A DNA stretch of 62,081 bases from Candidatus Omnitrophota bacterium (GCA_023247235.1 JAHFGW010000002.1:70907-132987); one strand, 5' to 3'. Shown: positions 33,329 to 42,739, counted from the stretch's first letter. The notes: generated by a model not told the origin, from the sequence alone. Program-made: numbers and translations.

Positions 33329-34081
33329 GTGTCAATCCTTGAGCGGCTTCGCGTGAAGGTGTTTGCCGACGGAGCGGACCTCGCCACCATGGCCGAGCTG
33401 GCGCGCCACCCGCTCATCAAGGGGTTTACGACCAATCCGACGTTGATGCGCAAGGCGAATGTTCGGGACTACCGGACCTTCGCCCACGACGTGCTGCGGC
33501 TGATTCCAGACCGGCCCATTTCCTTCGAGGTGTTTTCCGACGACTTCGACGAGATGGAGCGCCAAGCGCTTGACATCGCCTCCTGGGGCCAACAAGTCTA
33601 TGTGAAGATTCCCGTCATGAACACGCGCGGCGACTTCTCGGGGCCGCTGATTCGACGCCTGTCAACCGCCGGCATCCAGCTGAATGTCACCGCCCTGATG
33701 ACGACGGCCCAAGTGGCGGAGGTCGCCGCCTGCCTGACGGAGCCGACACAGAACTTCGTCTCGGTGTTTGCGGGCCGCATCGCGGACACCGGCCGAGATC
33801 CCGTTCCGCTGATGGCGGAGGCCGTGCGGCTGCTGCGCGCGCGTCCGCGGACCGGGCTCATCTGGGCCAGTCCCCGCGAGCTCTTGAACATGTTCCAGGC
33901 AGACGCCATTGGGTGCCACGTCATCACCGCGACCCCCGATGTGCTGGCCAAGCTGCCGCTTGTCGGCAAGGATTTGGACGCGTTCTCCCTGGAAACCGTG
34001 CAGATGTTCCGGCGCGACGCGGTCCAGGCGGGCTTCACGCTGGAAGGCGCGCCGCGGGCCGCGGCGATGGAGGCCCGTTAA
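33329..34081 (+). CDS. Transaldolase-family protein (second copy, inside the sugar locus)
   Basis: GTG start. GFTTNPTLM and VYVKIPV (Schiff-base Lys region). Confidence 0.8.
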   Translation: MSILERLRVKVFADGADLATMAELARHPLIKGFTTNPTLMRKANVRDYRTFAHDVLRLIPDRPISFEVFSDDFDEMERQALDIASWGQQVYVKIPVMNTRGDFSGPLIRRLSTAGIQLNVTALMTTAQVAEVAACLTEPTQNFVSVFAGRIADTGRDPVPLMAEAVRLLRARPRTGLIWASPRELLNMFQADAIGCHVITATPDVLAKLPLVGKDLDAFSLETVQMFRRDAVQAGFTLEGAPRAAAMEAR

Positions 34082-35178
34082 TGGGTGCGACTCGACCGCC
34101 CGTCCTAGTGACCGGAGGCGCCGGCTACGTCGGATGCGTGCTGGTTCCCGCGTTGCTTGGAGCCGGCTATCCGGTGGTGGTGTATGACCTCATGCTCTTC
34201 GGCGCGGAGGGATTGCCGACGCATCCGGCGTTGCGCGTGGTCCGAGCAGACATTCGCGACACGGCGGCCTTCGCCGCGGCGGTCCGCGGGGTTCACAGCG
34301 TCATCCATTTGGCCTGCATCTCCAACGATCCTAGCTTTGAGCTCGATCCCGCCTTGAGCCGATCGATCAACTACGAGTGCTTCGAGCCGCTGGTGGCCGC
34401 CTCCAAGGCGGCCGGCGTGCGGCGGTTCCTCTACATCTCCACCAGCTCGGTCTACGGGCTGAGCGACGCGCCGGAAGTCACCGAAGAGCACCCCCTGGTC
34501 CCGCTGACCGACTACAACAAGTACAAGGGACTCTGCGAGCCAGTTCTGCGGCGGTTTCAGTCGCCGGACTTCACCACGGTCATCATCCGGCCGGCCACCG
34601 TGTGCGGCCGCTCGCCCCGGATGCGGTTTGATCTGACCGTCAACATCCTGACCAATCACGCCGTCAACCGGGGCGTCGTCACCGTTTTCGGCGGCAGCCA
34701 GCGGCGGCCGAATATCCATATTGATGATGTGGCCGAACTGTACGTGAAGCTGCTCGAGTGGCCGGATGCGCTGATCGCCGGCGAGACCTTCAACGCCGGC
34801 TATCAGAACCATACGGTGGCCGCGTTGGCCGAGCAGGTGCGCGTCGTCGTGGAACGGGAGCTGCCGGACCGGGCGCCCATTCGCATCGAGGCCAGCCCGA
34901 CCGATGACCTGCGGTCCTACCATGTCTCGTCCAAGAAGATCGCCGAGCGGCTGGGCTTTGTGCCGCGGCGGACCATCGCCGATGCGATCCGAGATCTCTG
35001 CCGAGCCTTTCAAGCGGGTCGGTTCCCGAACAGCCTGACCGAGGACCGCTACTTCAACGTGAGGACGCTGAAGCGATTGACCCCAACACTTCTGCTCGAG
35101 GCTGGAGGCTCGAGGCTCGAGGCCACACCACGAGCCACGAGCCACGAGCCCCGGGCGACGAATGAGCAGAGGATCTGA
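34081..35178 (+). CDS. NAD-dependent epimerase/dehydratase (SDR)
   Basis: TAATG overlap with the upstream stop. VLVTGGAGYVGCVL and YNKYKGLCE (YxxxK). The last ~25 aa are encoded by a heptamer array. Confidence 0.8.
   Translation: MGATRPPVLVTGGAGYVGCVLVPALLGAGYPVVVYDLMLFGAEGLPTHPALRVVRADIRDTAAFAAAVRGVHSVIHLACISNDPSFELDPALSRSINYECFEPLVAASKAAGVRRFLYISTSSVYGLSDAPEVTEEHPLVPLTDYNKYKGLCEPVLRRFQSPDFTTVIIRPATVCGRSPRMRFDLTVNILTNHAVNRGVVTVFGGSQRRPNIHIDDVAELYVKLLEWPDALIAGETFNAGYQNHTVAALAEQVRVVVERELPDRAPIRIEASPTDDLRSYHVSSKKIAERLGFVPRRTIADAIRDLCRAFQAGRFPNSLTEDRYFNVRTLKRLTPTLLLEAGGSRLEATPRATSHEPRATNEQRI
35094..35150 (+). repeat. Heptamer composite, family A copy 3: (gctcgag/gctggag)x4 + ccacacc-(acgagcc)x3
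   Basis: Read directly. The two arms are reverse complements at 6 of 7 positions per unit (ggctcg/cgagcc). Confidence 0.9.
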
Positions 35179-36173
35179 TGAGTCATTCACGCGTGGCCGT
35201 CGTGACCGGGGCGGCTGGCTTCATCGGCAGCCACATGGTGGACCTGCTCTTGGCGCAGGGCGATGCCGTGCGCGCGATCGACAACCTCTCCTGCGGCCGC
35301 CGGGAGAACCTCGCGCACCACGCTGGGCATTCCGGCTTGACGTTTGAGGAGCGTGATGTGCGGGACCTTAAGCCGGGCGACACGGCCTTTCAGGGCGCGG
35401 ACGTCGTGTTCCATTTCGCCGGCATCGGAGACATCGTGCCGTCCATCGAGCGGCCGGTGGACTATCTGTCCTCCAATGTCATGGGCACCGTCTGCACGCT
35501 CGAGGCGGCGCGCGCCGCCCAGGTGCGCAAGTTTGTCTACGCGGCGTCCTCATCATGCTATGGGTTGGCGACGGAGTTGCCGACCTCGGAGCGCGCGCCC
35601 ATCGCCCCCCAATACCCGTACGCGCTGAGCAAATATCTCGGCGAACAAGCTGTCCTGCACTGGGGGCAGGTCTACCGGCTGCCGGTCGCCTCGATCCGCA
35701 TCTTTAACGCCTACGGGCCGCGCTCACGCACGACCGGGGCGTACGGCGCGGTGTTCGGCGTGTTCCTCGCTCAAAAGCTGGCAGGCAAGCCGTTCACGGT
35801 CGTGGGAGATGGCGCGCAGCGACGCGATTTCGTGTTCGTGAGCGACCTGGTCCGGGCGTTCTGGCTCGCCGCGCAGTCCGACCATCCGAATGGCATCTAC
35901 AACGTTGGGGCCGGGCAGCCTCAGCCGGTCAACCGGCTCGTCGAGCTGCTGGGCGGAGAGGTCGTGCATGTGCCCAAGCGGCCGGGTGAACCGGACTGCA
36001 CGTGGGCCGATATTACCACGATCCGGCGCGAGCTCGGCTGGGAGCCGGCCGTCTCATTTGAAACCGGGGTGAGCACCATGCTGGACCATATTGAATCGTG
36101 GCGACGGGCGCCGATCTGGACGCCGGAGACCATCGCCACGGCCACGAAGGAGTGGTTTGCATGCCTGAAGTAG
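35178..36173 (+). CDS. NAD-dependent epimerase/dehydratase (SDR)
   Basis: TGATG overlap with the upstream stop. VAVVTGAAGFIGSH and YALSKYLGE (YxxxK). Confidence 0.8.
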   Translation: MSHSRVAVVTGAAGFIGSHMVDLLLAQGDAVRAIDNLSCGRRENLAHHAGHSGLTFEERDVRDLKPGDTAFQGADVVFHFAGIGDIVPSIERPVDYLSSNVMGTVCTLEAARAAQVRKFVYAASSSCYGLATELPTSERAPIAPQYPYALSKYLGEQAVLHWGQVYRLPVASIRIFNAYGPRSRTTGAYGAVFGVFLAQKLAGKPFTVVGDGAQRRDFVFVSDLVRAFWLAAQSDHPNGIYNVGAGQPQPVNRLVELLGGEVVHVPKRPGEPDCTWADITTIRRELGWEPAVSFETGVSTMLDHIESWRRAPIWTPETIATATKEWFACLK

Positions 36174-37738
36174 CCCAGCCGGAGCTGACACCGCCGGCGC
36201 GCCGCGCCGCCAGGGCGCGGCCGGCGAAAATCCGCTCCGTGGCAGAGCTGGCCCAGCTCATCTGTCGGATGAAGACGCAGGGCAAGCGCGTGGTGCACTG
36301 CCACGGCGTCTTCGACCTCGTGCATCTGGGGCACATCCGGCATTTCGAGATGGCCAAGCGTGAAGGGGACGTCCTCGTCGTGACCGTCACGCCCGATGAG
36401 CACGTGAACCGGGGTCCGGGCCGGCCCATTTTCAATCATCACCTACGCGCGGAATCCCTGGCGGCGCTCGCGTGCGTGGACTACGTCGCCGTCAACGAAT
36501 GGCCGACAGCGGTGGAGACCATCCGGCTGTTGCGTCCTGACGTCTATGTCAAGGGCAGCGAGTACGCCCGTCCGGAGCACGACGTCACCGGCAAGATCTA
36601 TGACGAGGAACAAGCGATCCAGTCCGTGGGAGGCCGGATCCACTTCACCGATGACATCACGTTCAGCTCCTCGCAGCTCATCAACCAGCACTTCAGCATC
36701 CACCCGCCCAAAACCGAACAGTGGCTGAAAGGGCTCAAGCAACGCCACACGGTTGACGGCGTCCTCGAGTTCCTGGAGCGCGCCGCGAAGCTCAAGGTGC
36801 TGGTGGTGGGCGAGGCGATCATTGATGAGTACGTGTTTTGCGACGGGCTGGGCAAATCGACGAAGGATCCGATCTTGGCCTTTCAGTACCGCTCAACCGA
36901 AACGTATCTCGGCGGCACGCTGGCGGTCGCCAACCATGTCGCCGGCTTGGGCGGAGAGGTCGGCCTGCTGACGTTCCTGGGAGATTCGGACCGCCGGGAC
37001 GACTTTATCCAGCAGGCCATGATGCCCAACGTGCGGCCGCATTTTCTCACGCGGCAGGGCGCGCCGACGATCCACAAGCGGCGGTTCGTCGATACGCATA
37101 CGAGCGCCCGCATGTTCGAGCTGTACCTGATCGAGGACAGTCCGTTGAACGAGGATGAGGAGCGGATGTTGGTCGAGACCTTGGCGGGCATCCTCAGGGA
37201 GTACGATGTCGTGATCGTGGCGGACTATGGGCACGGCATGCTGACGTCCGCCGCGATCGCCTCGCTGTGCCGCTCCGCGCGCTTCTTAGCTGTGAACACG
37301 CAGGCGAACGCCGGCAACCGCGGCTTCAACACCATCTCCCGCTATCCACGCGCGGATTACGTCTGTCTCGCGGGGCACGAAGTCGCGCTCGAAACCCGGA
37401 TGCGCCATGCGAAATGGCGCGATCTGATCTTGGAAGTCACCAAGCGCATCGACTGCCCGAGGTTCACGGTGACGCAAGGCCAGCACGGGACCATGCATTA
37501 CGCGGCCGGGGCCGGCTTCACCGAAGTGCCGGCGTTCGCCACGCGGGTCGAGGACCGTGTGGGCGCCGGCGATGCGGTGCTGGCAGTCACGTCGCTGTTA
37601 GTGGCCCAGCGGGCCCCGTGGGATCTCGTGGGATTCTTGGGAAACATTGCCGGGGCGCAGATGGTGGCGGAGCTGGGCAACCGGGTCACGATCAACAAAG
37701 CCACCTTGGCGAAAAGCGTGATTACGCTGATGAAATGA
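36161..37738 (+). CDS. Bifunctional cytidylyl/adenylyl-transferase-like + PfkB sugar kinase (HldE-like, domain order reversed)
   Basis: N-terminus HCHGVFDLVHLGHIRHF (nucleotidyltransferase HxGH). C-terminus is PfkB-like with DRVGAGDAVLA. Confidence 0.75.
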   Translation: MPEVAQPELTPPARRAARARPAKIRSVAELAQLICRMKTQGKRVVHCHGVFDLVHLGHIRHFEMAKREGDVLVVTVTPDEHVNRGPGRPIFNHHLRAESLAALACVDYVAVNEWPTAVETIRLLRPDVYVKGSEYARPEHDVTGKIYDEEQAIQSVGGRIHFTDDITFSSSQLINQHFSIHPPKTEQWLKGLKQRHTVDGVLEFLERAAKLKVLVVGEAIIDEYVFCDGLGKSTKDPILAFQYRSTETYLGGTLAVANHVAGLGGEVGLLTFLGDSDRRDDFIQQAMMPNVRPHFLTRQGAPTIHKRRFVDTHTSARMFELYLIEDSPLNEDEERMLVETLAGILREYDVVIVADYGHGMLTSAAIASLCRSARFLAVNTQANAGNRGFNTISRYPRADYVCLAGHEVALETRMRHAKWRDLILEVTKRIDCPRFTVTQGQHGTMHYAAGAGFTEVPAFATRVEDRVGAGDAVLAVTSLLVAQRAPWDLVGFLGNIAGAQMVAELGNRVTINKATLAKSVITLMK

Positions 37739-37753
37739 TGGAGGAGGCTCCTC

Positions 37754-38923
37754 GTGGCTGAGCGTTCCGCCGCCGCACCGCCTGCCCCGGTCCACGGGAC
37801 GGCACTGGCGCCCAGGATGCGCGTCCGGTACTCGTATCTGCCGCAGCAGTTCGAGCACCCGGAAGAGATTTTTGACGCGATTCGGGCGCATCTGAACACG
37901 TGCCGGCTGACGCTGGGCCCGGAGGTCGAGGAATTTGAACGCGCGTTCGCCTCGCTCATCGGCACGCGCCATGCGATCGGGGTGGGCAGCGGCACCGACG
38001 CGCTGACGCTCAGCCTGCGAGCGTTGGGGATCGGTCCGGGGGATGAGGTCATCACGGCGGCCAACACGTTCATCGCCACGGTCGGCGCGATCAACGCCAC
38101 GGGCGCGCGGCCGGTGCTGGTGGATGTGACCCCGTCCTTCACGATCGACCCGGCGCTGATGGCGCGAGCCCTGACGCCGCGCACAAAAGCGATCATCCCG
38201 GTGCACCTCAGCGGCGAAGTGGCCGACATGGATCCGATTCTGGAGCTGGCGGGGCGCCGGGGACTGCCGGTGGTGGAGGATGCCTGCCAGGCGATCAGCG
38301 CAAGCGTCGGTGGCCGCGCGGCCGGCACCATGGGGCTGCTAGGCTGTTTCAGCCTGCACCCCCTGAAGAACTTGAATGTCTGGGGCGACGCGGGTGTGAT
38401 CGTGACGAACGACTCCGACCTCAATGCCAGGCTGCGGCTGCTACGTAACCACGGCCTCACGGGGCGGGATGAGGTGGAGATCCTCGGGTATAACAGCCGG
38501 CTGGACTCAATCCAGGCCATCGTGGGCAACTGGCTGATCCGGCAGGTGCCGGAGATCACCAACCGCCGCATCGCCAACGCCGCGACGTATGACCAGGCGT
38601 TCGCCGCGCTGGAGGGCGACATTCAATTGCCGCCGCGGCGGCTCGGAGTCCGGCGCGTGTTTCATCTCTATCAGGTCTACGCGAAGGATCGCGACGGGCT
38701 GCTGCGCCATCTCCACGCGCAGGGCGTTGAGGCTAAAGTCCACTACCCGATTCCGCTGCCGCAGCAGCGGGCCCTGGCGCACCTGGGCTATCGGCCCGGG
38801 GATTTCCCCCAAACCGAGCGGCAGGCGGCCTCGCTCATCACGCTGCCCGTGGACCAGCACCTGACCGATGGCGAGGTGCGCTACGTGATCGAGACGGTCA
38901 CCCAGTTTTACCGAGGATCCTGA
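37754..38923 (+). CDS. DegT/DnrJ/EryC1/StrS-family sugar aminotransferase
   Basis: GTG lies 6 nt after GGAGGAGG. GVGSGTDAL is present, as is SLHPLKNL with the Schiff-base Lys. Confidence 0.85.
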   Translation: MAERSAAAPPAPVHGTALAPRMRVRYSYLPQQFEHPEEIFDAIRAHLNTCRLTLGPEVEEFERAFASLIGTRHAIGVGSGTDALTLSLRALGIGPGDEVITAANTFIATVGAINATGARPVLVDVTPSFTIDPALMARALTPRTKAIIPVHLSGEVADMDPILELAGRRGLPVVEDACQAISASVGGRAAGTMGLLGCFSLHPLKNLNVWGDAGVIVTNDSDLNARLRLLRNHGLTGRDEVEILGYNSRLDSIQAIVGNWLIRQVPEITNRRIANAATYDQAFAALEGDIQLPPRRLGVRRVFHLYQVYAKDRDGLLRHLHAQGVEAKVHYPIPLPQQRALAHLGYRPGDFPQTERQAASLITLPVDQHLTDGEVRYVIETVTQFYRGS

Positions 38924-40056
38924 TGCCGGCGGCCCAGGCGACCCTGTCCAGGCGTTCGGGTGTGCCCTACACGGATTTTCCCGCGCAGTTCCAGGCGCAG
39001 GGGCGGGAGGTGCTCGAGGCGATCGAGCGCGTCCTGGCGCGGGGCGATTTCATCCTGGGCTCGGAGGTGGTGGAGTGCGAGCGAGAGTTCGCCGCGCTGT
39101 GCGGCGTGCGCCACGCGGTCGGCGTGGGCAGCGGGACGGATGCGCTGATCCTCGCGCTGCGGGCGCTGGAGATCGGCCCGGGGGATGAAGTGATCACCGC
39201 GCCGAATTCCTGGGTGTCCTCGGCGTCCTGCATCGCGCTCGTGGGGGCGCGGCCCGTCTTTGCCGATGTCCGGGACGATTTTCTGATCGATCCGCAGCGC
39301 ATCGAGGCCGCGATCACGCCGCGGACGAAGGCGATCCTGCCGGTCCATTTGACCGGACGCTGCGCGGACATGGAGGCCATCGGCGCGCTGGCCCGGCGCC
39401 ACGGGCTGGCGGTCATCGAGGATGCGGCCCAGGCCGCCGGCGCCACGTTGAAGGGTCGGGCGGCCGGAGCCTTTGGCACCATCGGCTGCTTCAGCCTGCA
39501 CCCGCTGAAGAATCTCAATGCGATCGGCGACGCCGGCATGGTGGTGACGCAGGAGGACGCGCTCGCCGAGCGGTTGCGCCTCCTGCGCAACCACGGCCTG
39601 CGGGGACGCGATGAAGCCGTCCTGTGGGGGCTCAATTCGCGGCTCGACACCGTCCAGGCAGCGGTCATTCGGTGTCGGTTGGCGCGACTGGCCACCGTGT
39701 CCGACGCGCGCCGCCGCCACGCGGCACGGTATCAGGCGGCGCTGCATGGCCTGGTGAGCTGCCCGGCCGATCGTCCGGAGGAGTATGCCATCTACCACTT
39801 GTTTATGATTCAAGGCGACCGGCGGGATGCGCTGCAGCAATTCTTGGCCCAGCGGGGCATCGGCACGAAGATCCATTATCCGACGCCAATCCACCTGCAG
39901 CCGGCCAGCCGCGGGCTGGGCTATGGCCCCGGCGACTTTCCGGTGACCGAAGCGCAGGCGCGGCGCATTCTCTCGCTGCCGATTCACCAGCACTTGAGCG
40001 ATGACCAGATCGATGAGGTCTGCAAGGCGATCCGAGCGTTCTACACCGGAACGTGA
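38923..40056 (+). CDS. DegT/DnrJ/EryC1/StrS-family sugar aminotransferase
   Basis: TGATG overlap with the upstream stop. GVGSGTDAL is present, as is SLHPLKNL with the Lys. Confidence 0.85.
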   Translation: MPAAQATLSRRSGVPYTDFPAQFQAQGREVLEAIERVLARGDFILGSEVVECEREFAALCGVRHAVGVGSGTDALILALRALEIGPGDEVITAPNSWVSSASCIALVGARPVFADVRDDFLIDPQRIEAAITPRTKAILPVHLTGRCADMEAIGALARRHGLAVIEDAAQAAGATLKGRAAGAFGTIGCFSLHPLKNLNAIGDAGMVVTQEDALAERLRLLRNHGLRGRDEAVLWGLNSRLDTVQAAVIRCRLARLATVSDARRRHAARYQAALHGLVSCPADRPEEYAIYHLFMIQGDRRDALQQFLAQRGIGTKIHYPTPIHLQPASRGLGYGPGDFPVTEAQARRILSLPIHQHLSDDQIDEVCKAIRAFYTGT

Positions 40057-40709
40057 TGCGAGCCGACGCGATTATTGGAGTCGATTTTGACAATACGCTG
40101 GTCAGCTACGACGAGCTGATGCAGGCGATTGCGCTCAAGGAGGGCTGGCTCAGCCTGGAGGCGGCCGGCGCCGGTTCTGGGCGCGGGGCGAACAAGCGCC
40201 AGATTCGCGATCAGCTCCGCCGCCTCACTGATGGCGAGACGCTGTGGCAACGGCTCCAGGCGCGGGCGTATGGGACGGAGATTGCCGCAGCCCCGCTCAT
40301 GGATGGGGTGGAGGAGTTCCTGGTGGCGTGCAGGCAGCGCGGCGCGACCGTGTACGTGGTCAGCCACAAGACCGCGTCGGCCGCGGCGGACCTAGCCGGG
40401 TCCAATCTTCGCGCGGCGGCGCTGGCCTGGATGGAGGAACACGGATTCTTCGCGCCCGGAAGGTTCGGGCTGTCCCGCAGCCACGTGTTTTTCGAATCCA
40501 CGCGGCGGGAAAAAGTCCAGCGCATCACCGCCCTCGGATGCACGCATTATATCGACGATTTAGAAGACACGTTTTCGGAACCCGGCTTTCCGGGTCTGAC
40601 GGAGAAGATCCTGTACGCGCCGGAAGGCGCCTCCCGCGCCCTGGCAGGCGTGCGAGTGCACCGCACCTGGGGCGAAATCCATGAGCATCTCTTTGGCGCA
40701 AGGGCTTGA
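40053..40709 (+). CDS. HAD-superfamily hydrolase/phosphatase-like protein
   Basis: Motif I IGVDFDNTL (DxDxT). ATG 40056 is an alternative start. Confidence 0.6.
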   Translation: MMRADAIIGVDFDNTLVSYDELMQAIALKEGWLSLEAAGAGSGRGANKRQIRDQLRRLTDGETLWQRLQARAYGTEIAAAPLMDGVEEFLVACRQRGATVYVVSHKTASAAADLAGSNLRAAALAWMEEHGFFAPGRFGLSRSHVFFESTRREKVQRITALGCTHYIDDLEDTFSEPGFPGLTEKILYAPEGASRALAGVRVHRTWGEIHEHLFGARA

Positions 40710-41757
40710 CGTCCAGGACCCGGAGCTGGCGCCGGTCGCCGCGGGGCTCATCGGGCAGCCCATCCGCCTCATCACGAGCCTCGGCGGCGGCCGAAACAGC
40801 CGGATCTATCAGGCGGTGGGCGAGGATGGAACGTGCTATTGCCTGAAGCGGTATTTCCGCCATCGCCTGGATGGCCGCGCACGCCTTGAAACGGAGTTCG
40901 GCGTCATGCACTGGCTGCGGGCCCACGGCGTGGAACCGATCCCCCGCGCGTTGGGCGCCGACGAGACGCTCGGCCTTGCGGTCTACGAATGGATTGAGGG
41001 GGACCCGGTGCCCCCGGCCACGGTGAGCGAAGCCGACGTCCAAGCCGGGGTGGAGTTCCTGGCGCAGTTGAAGGCGCTGCGCGGAGTCCAGGGGAGCCAG
41101 GATGTTGCAGGCGCGTCGGAGGCCTGCCTCTCGGGTGAGGCCGCCATCCGTCACATTGAACGGCGGGTGGACCGGCTGGCCGCACTCCCCCGCGAGGCCC
41201 CCGGCGTCCGAGACTGCCACGCGTTTCTTGCGCAGGAACTGGCGCCCGCGCTCCGAGACACGGTCACGTGGGCCAAGAAGGCGTTTGAGTGCGCCGCGAT
41301 ACCGTGGGAGACGGAATTGGACCGCATGGCCCAAACGCTCAGCCCGTCGGACTTCGGCTTTCATAACGCGCTGCGGCGGCCCGACGGCCGGCTGGTGTAC
41401 CTCGATTTCGAGTATTTCGGCTGGGACGATCCCGCGAAGATGCTCGCGGATTTCCTGTTGCATCCCGGGATGGAGCTGTCAGAGCCGTTGAAACGGCAAT
41501 TTGCGGCGGGCGTGTTGCGCAACTTTGCGGAGCTGAAATCGCTGCCCGAGCGGACCGTGGTGATGCACCGGCTGTGCGGCTTGAAGTGGTGCACGATTCT
41601 CCTGAATGAGTTTGTGCCGGAGCATCTGGCGCGGCGTCGATTCGCGGATGGGGCCGACACGCTGGACGACCAGGTGCTGGCGGTCCAGTTGGGGAAGGCG
41701 AAGCAGATGCTGGCGCGCGCGATGAAGAGCGACCACGGGTTGTCCTTCAGCGGGTAG
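40681..41757 (+). CDS. Aminoglycoside/choline-kinase-type phosphotransferase (APH family)
   Basis: SPSDFGFHNAL (DxxxxN catalytic loop) and VYLDFEYFGWDDP (Mg-binding DFE). Confidence 0.7.
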   Translation: MSISLAQGLDVQDPELAPVAAGLIGQPIRLITSLGGGRNSRIYQAVGEDGTCYCLKRYFRHRLDGRARLETEFGVMHWLRAHGVEPIPRALGADETLGLAVYEWIEGDPVPPATVSEADVQAGVEFLAQLKALRGVQGSQDVAGASEACLSGEAAIRHIERRVDRLAALPREAPGVRDCHAFLAQELAPALRDTVTWAKKAFECAAIPWETELDRMAQTLSPSDFGFHNALRRPDGRLVYLDFEYFGWDDPAKMLADFLLHPGMELSEPLKRQFAAGVLRNFAELKSLPERTVVMHRLCGLKWCTILLNEFVPEHLARRRFADGADTLDDQVLAVQLGKAKQMLARAMKSDHGLSFSG

Positions 41758-41761
41758 GCTG

Positions 41762-42586
41762 ATGCCCACCGCCTCCGCCGTGCTGGATCAGCGCGCTCGC
41801 GACCTGCGCAAAACGATCGTGCGCGCGATGGGAGCGGGCGGACGCGGCCATTTCGGCTCGGCCTTTTCGATTTTGGAGATCCTCCGGGTGCTCTATGACG
41901 ACGTGCTGCGCTTTGACGCCACGCAGCCGAAGTGGCCTGGACGGGACCGGTTCATTCTCAGCAAGGGTCATGGCTGCCTCGCGCTGTACGCGGTGCTTGC
42001 CGACAAGGGTTTTTTCCCGGCGGAGGAGCTCTTCAAGTTCTGCCAGAAGGATGGCCTCTTGGGCGGGCATCCTGAGATTCGGATTCCGGGGGTCGAGGCA
42101 TCGACCGGCAGCTTGGGCCATGGCTTATCGATTGGGATCGGCTTCGCGTTGAATGCGCGGTTGGACCGGGCGCCATCTCGCACCTTCGTCGTGATCGGCG
42201 ACGGGGAGTCGAACGAGGGCGCGATTTGGGAAGCGGCGCTGTGCGCCTGCAAGCACCGGCTGGAGTCGCTCACGGCGATCGTCGACTCCAACAAGCAGCA
42301 ATCCTACGGCCCCACGGCGGAAGTCTTGAACCTGGAACCGCTGCGGGACAAGTGGGAGAGTTTTGGATGGGCCGTGGCCGAAGTCGATGGCCATGACGTG
42401 GACGCGCTGCGCGGCGTCTTCGCGCGGTTGCCCCTTGCACCCGGCAGGCCCAGCGTGATCATCGCCCACACGGTGAAGGGGAAAGGCATCGCGTTTACGG
42501 AACATAACATGCATTGGCATCACAAGGCCAAGATCGCAGCCGGAGAAATCGAGTCGCTGCTCGCCGCGCTGGAGACCGCTCCATGA
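41762..42586 (+). CDS. Transketolase, N-terminal (TPP-binding) subunit
   Basis: GHFGSAFSILEIL, GSLGHGLSIGIG, GDGESNEGAIWEA. Confidence 0.9.
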   Translation: MPTASAVLDQRARDLRKTIVRAMGAGGRGHFGSAFSILEILRVLYDDVLRFDATQPKWPGRDRFILSKGHGCLALYAVLADKGFFPAEELFKFCQKDGLLGGHPEIRIPGVEASTGSLGHGLSIGIGFALNARLDRAPSRTFVVIGDGESNEGAIWEAALCACKHRLESLTAIVDSNKQQSYGPTAEVLNLEPLRDKWESFGWAVAEVDGHDVDALRGVFARLPLAPGRPSVIIAHTVKGKGIAFTEHNMHWHHKAKIAAGEIESLLAALETAP

Positions 42587-42623
42587 TCCGCCCGCGCCGC
42601 ACAGCGCCGCCGGCGGGTGACGC

Positions 42624-42672
42624 GGCCTGCCGGAGCGGGCCGGGGGATCCTCCGACTCGCGCTGGCATCCGC
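42624..42672 (+). repeat. Interspersed repeat E, copy 2
   Basis: Same 30-mer as 7188-7217. It is preceded by ggcgggtgacgc (42612-42623), whose reverse complement follows copy 1 (7234-7245). Confidence 0.85.
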
Positions 42673-42681
42673 TTGGTCGGT

Positions 42682-42739
42682 GTTCATTGTTCGTTGTTCG
42701 TTGACGGTCACCGAACTACGAACAACGAACTATGAACAG
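42682..42739 (+). repeat. Inverted heptamer arrays, family C: (gttcatt-gttcgtt-gttcgtt)-N9-(cgaacta-cgaacaa-cgaacta-tgaacag)
   Basis: Read directly. gttcgttgttcg and cgaacaacgaac are perfect complements. The element lies between the two transketolase subunit genes. Confidence 0.9.

Noticed and set aside
32578-33342. A 254-aa alternative-frame ORF overlapping the MarR-type regulator. Similar same-strand overlapping ORFs occur elsewhere, e.g. 3477-4010, 11438-12115 and 19218-19874.
   Set aside because: Their composition is Arg/Gly/Ala/Pro-rich with no motifs, whereas the competing frame has clear domain signatures.
3607-42739. The heptamer arrays considered as CRISPR arrays or as ordinary coding low-complexity.
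   Set aside because: The units are 7 nt long, directly abutting, with no spacers and no cas genes, so these are not CRISPR arrays. A 7-nt period is out of register with codons, so the repetition is a DNA/RNA-level feature rather than a peptide repeat.
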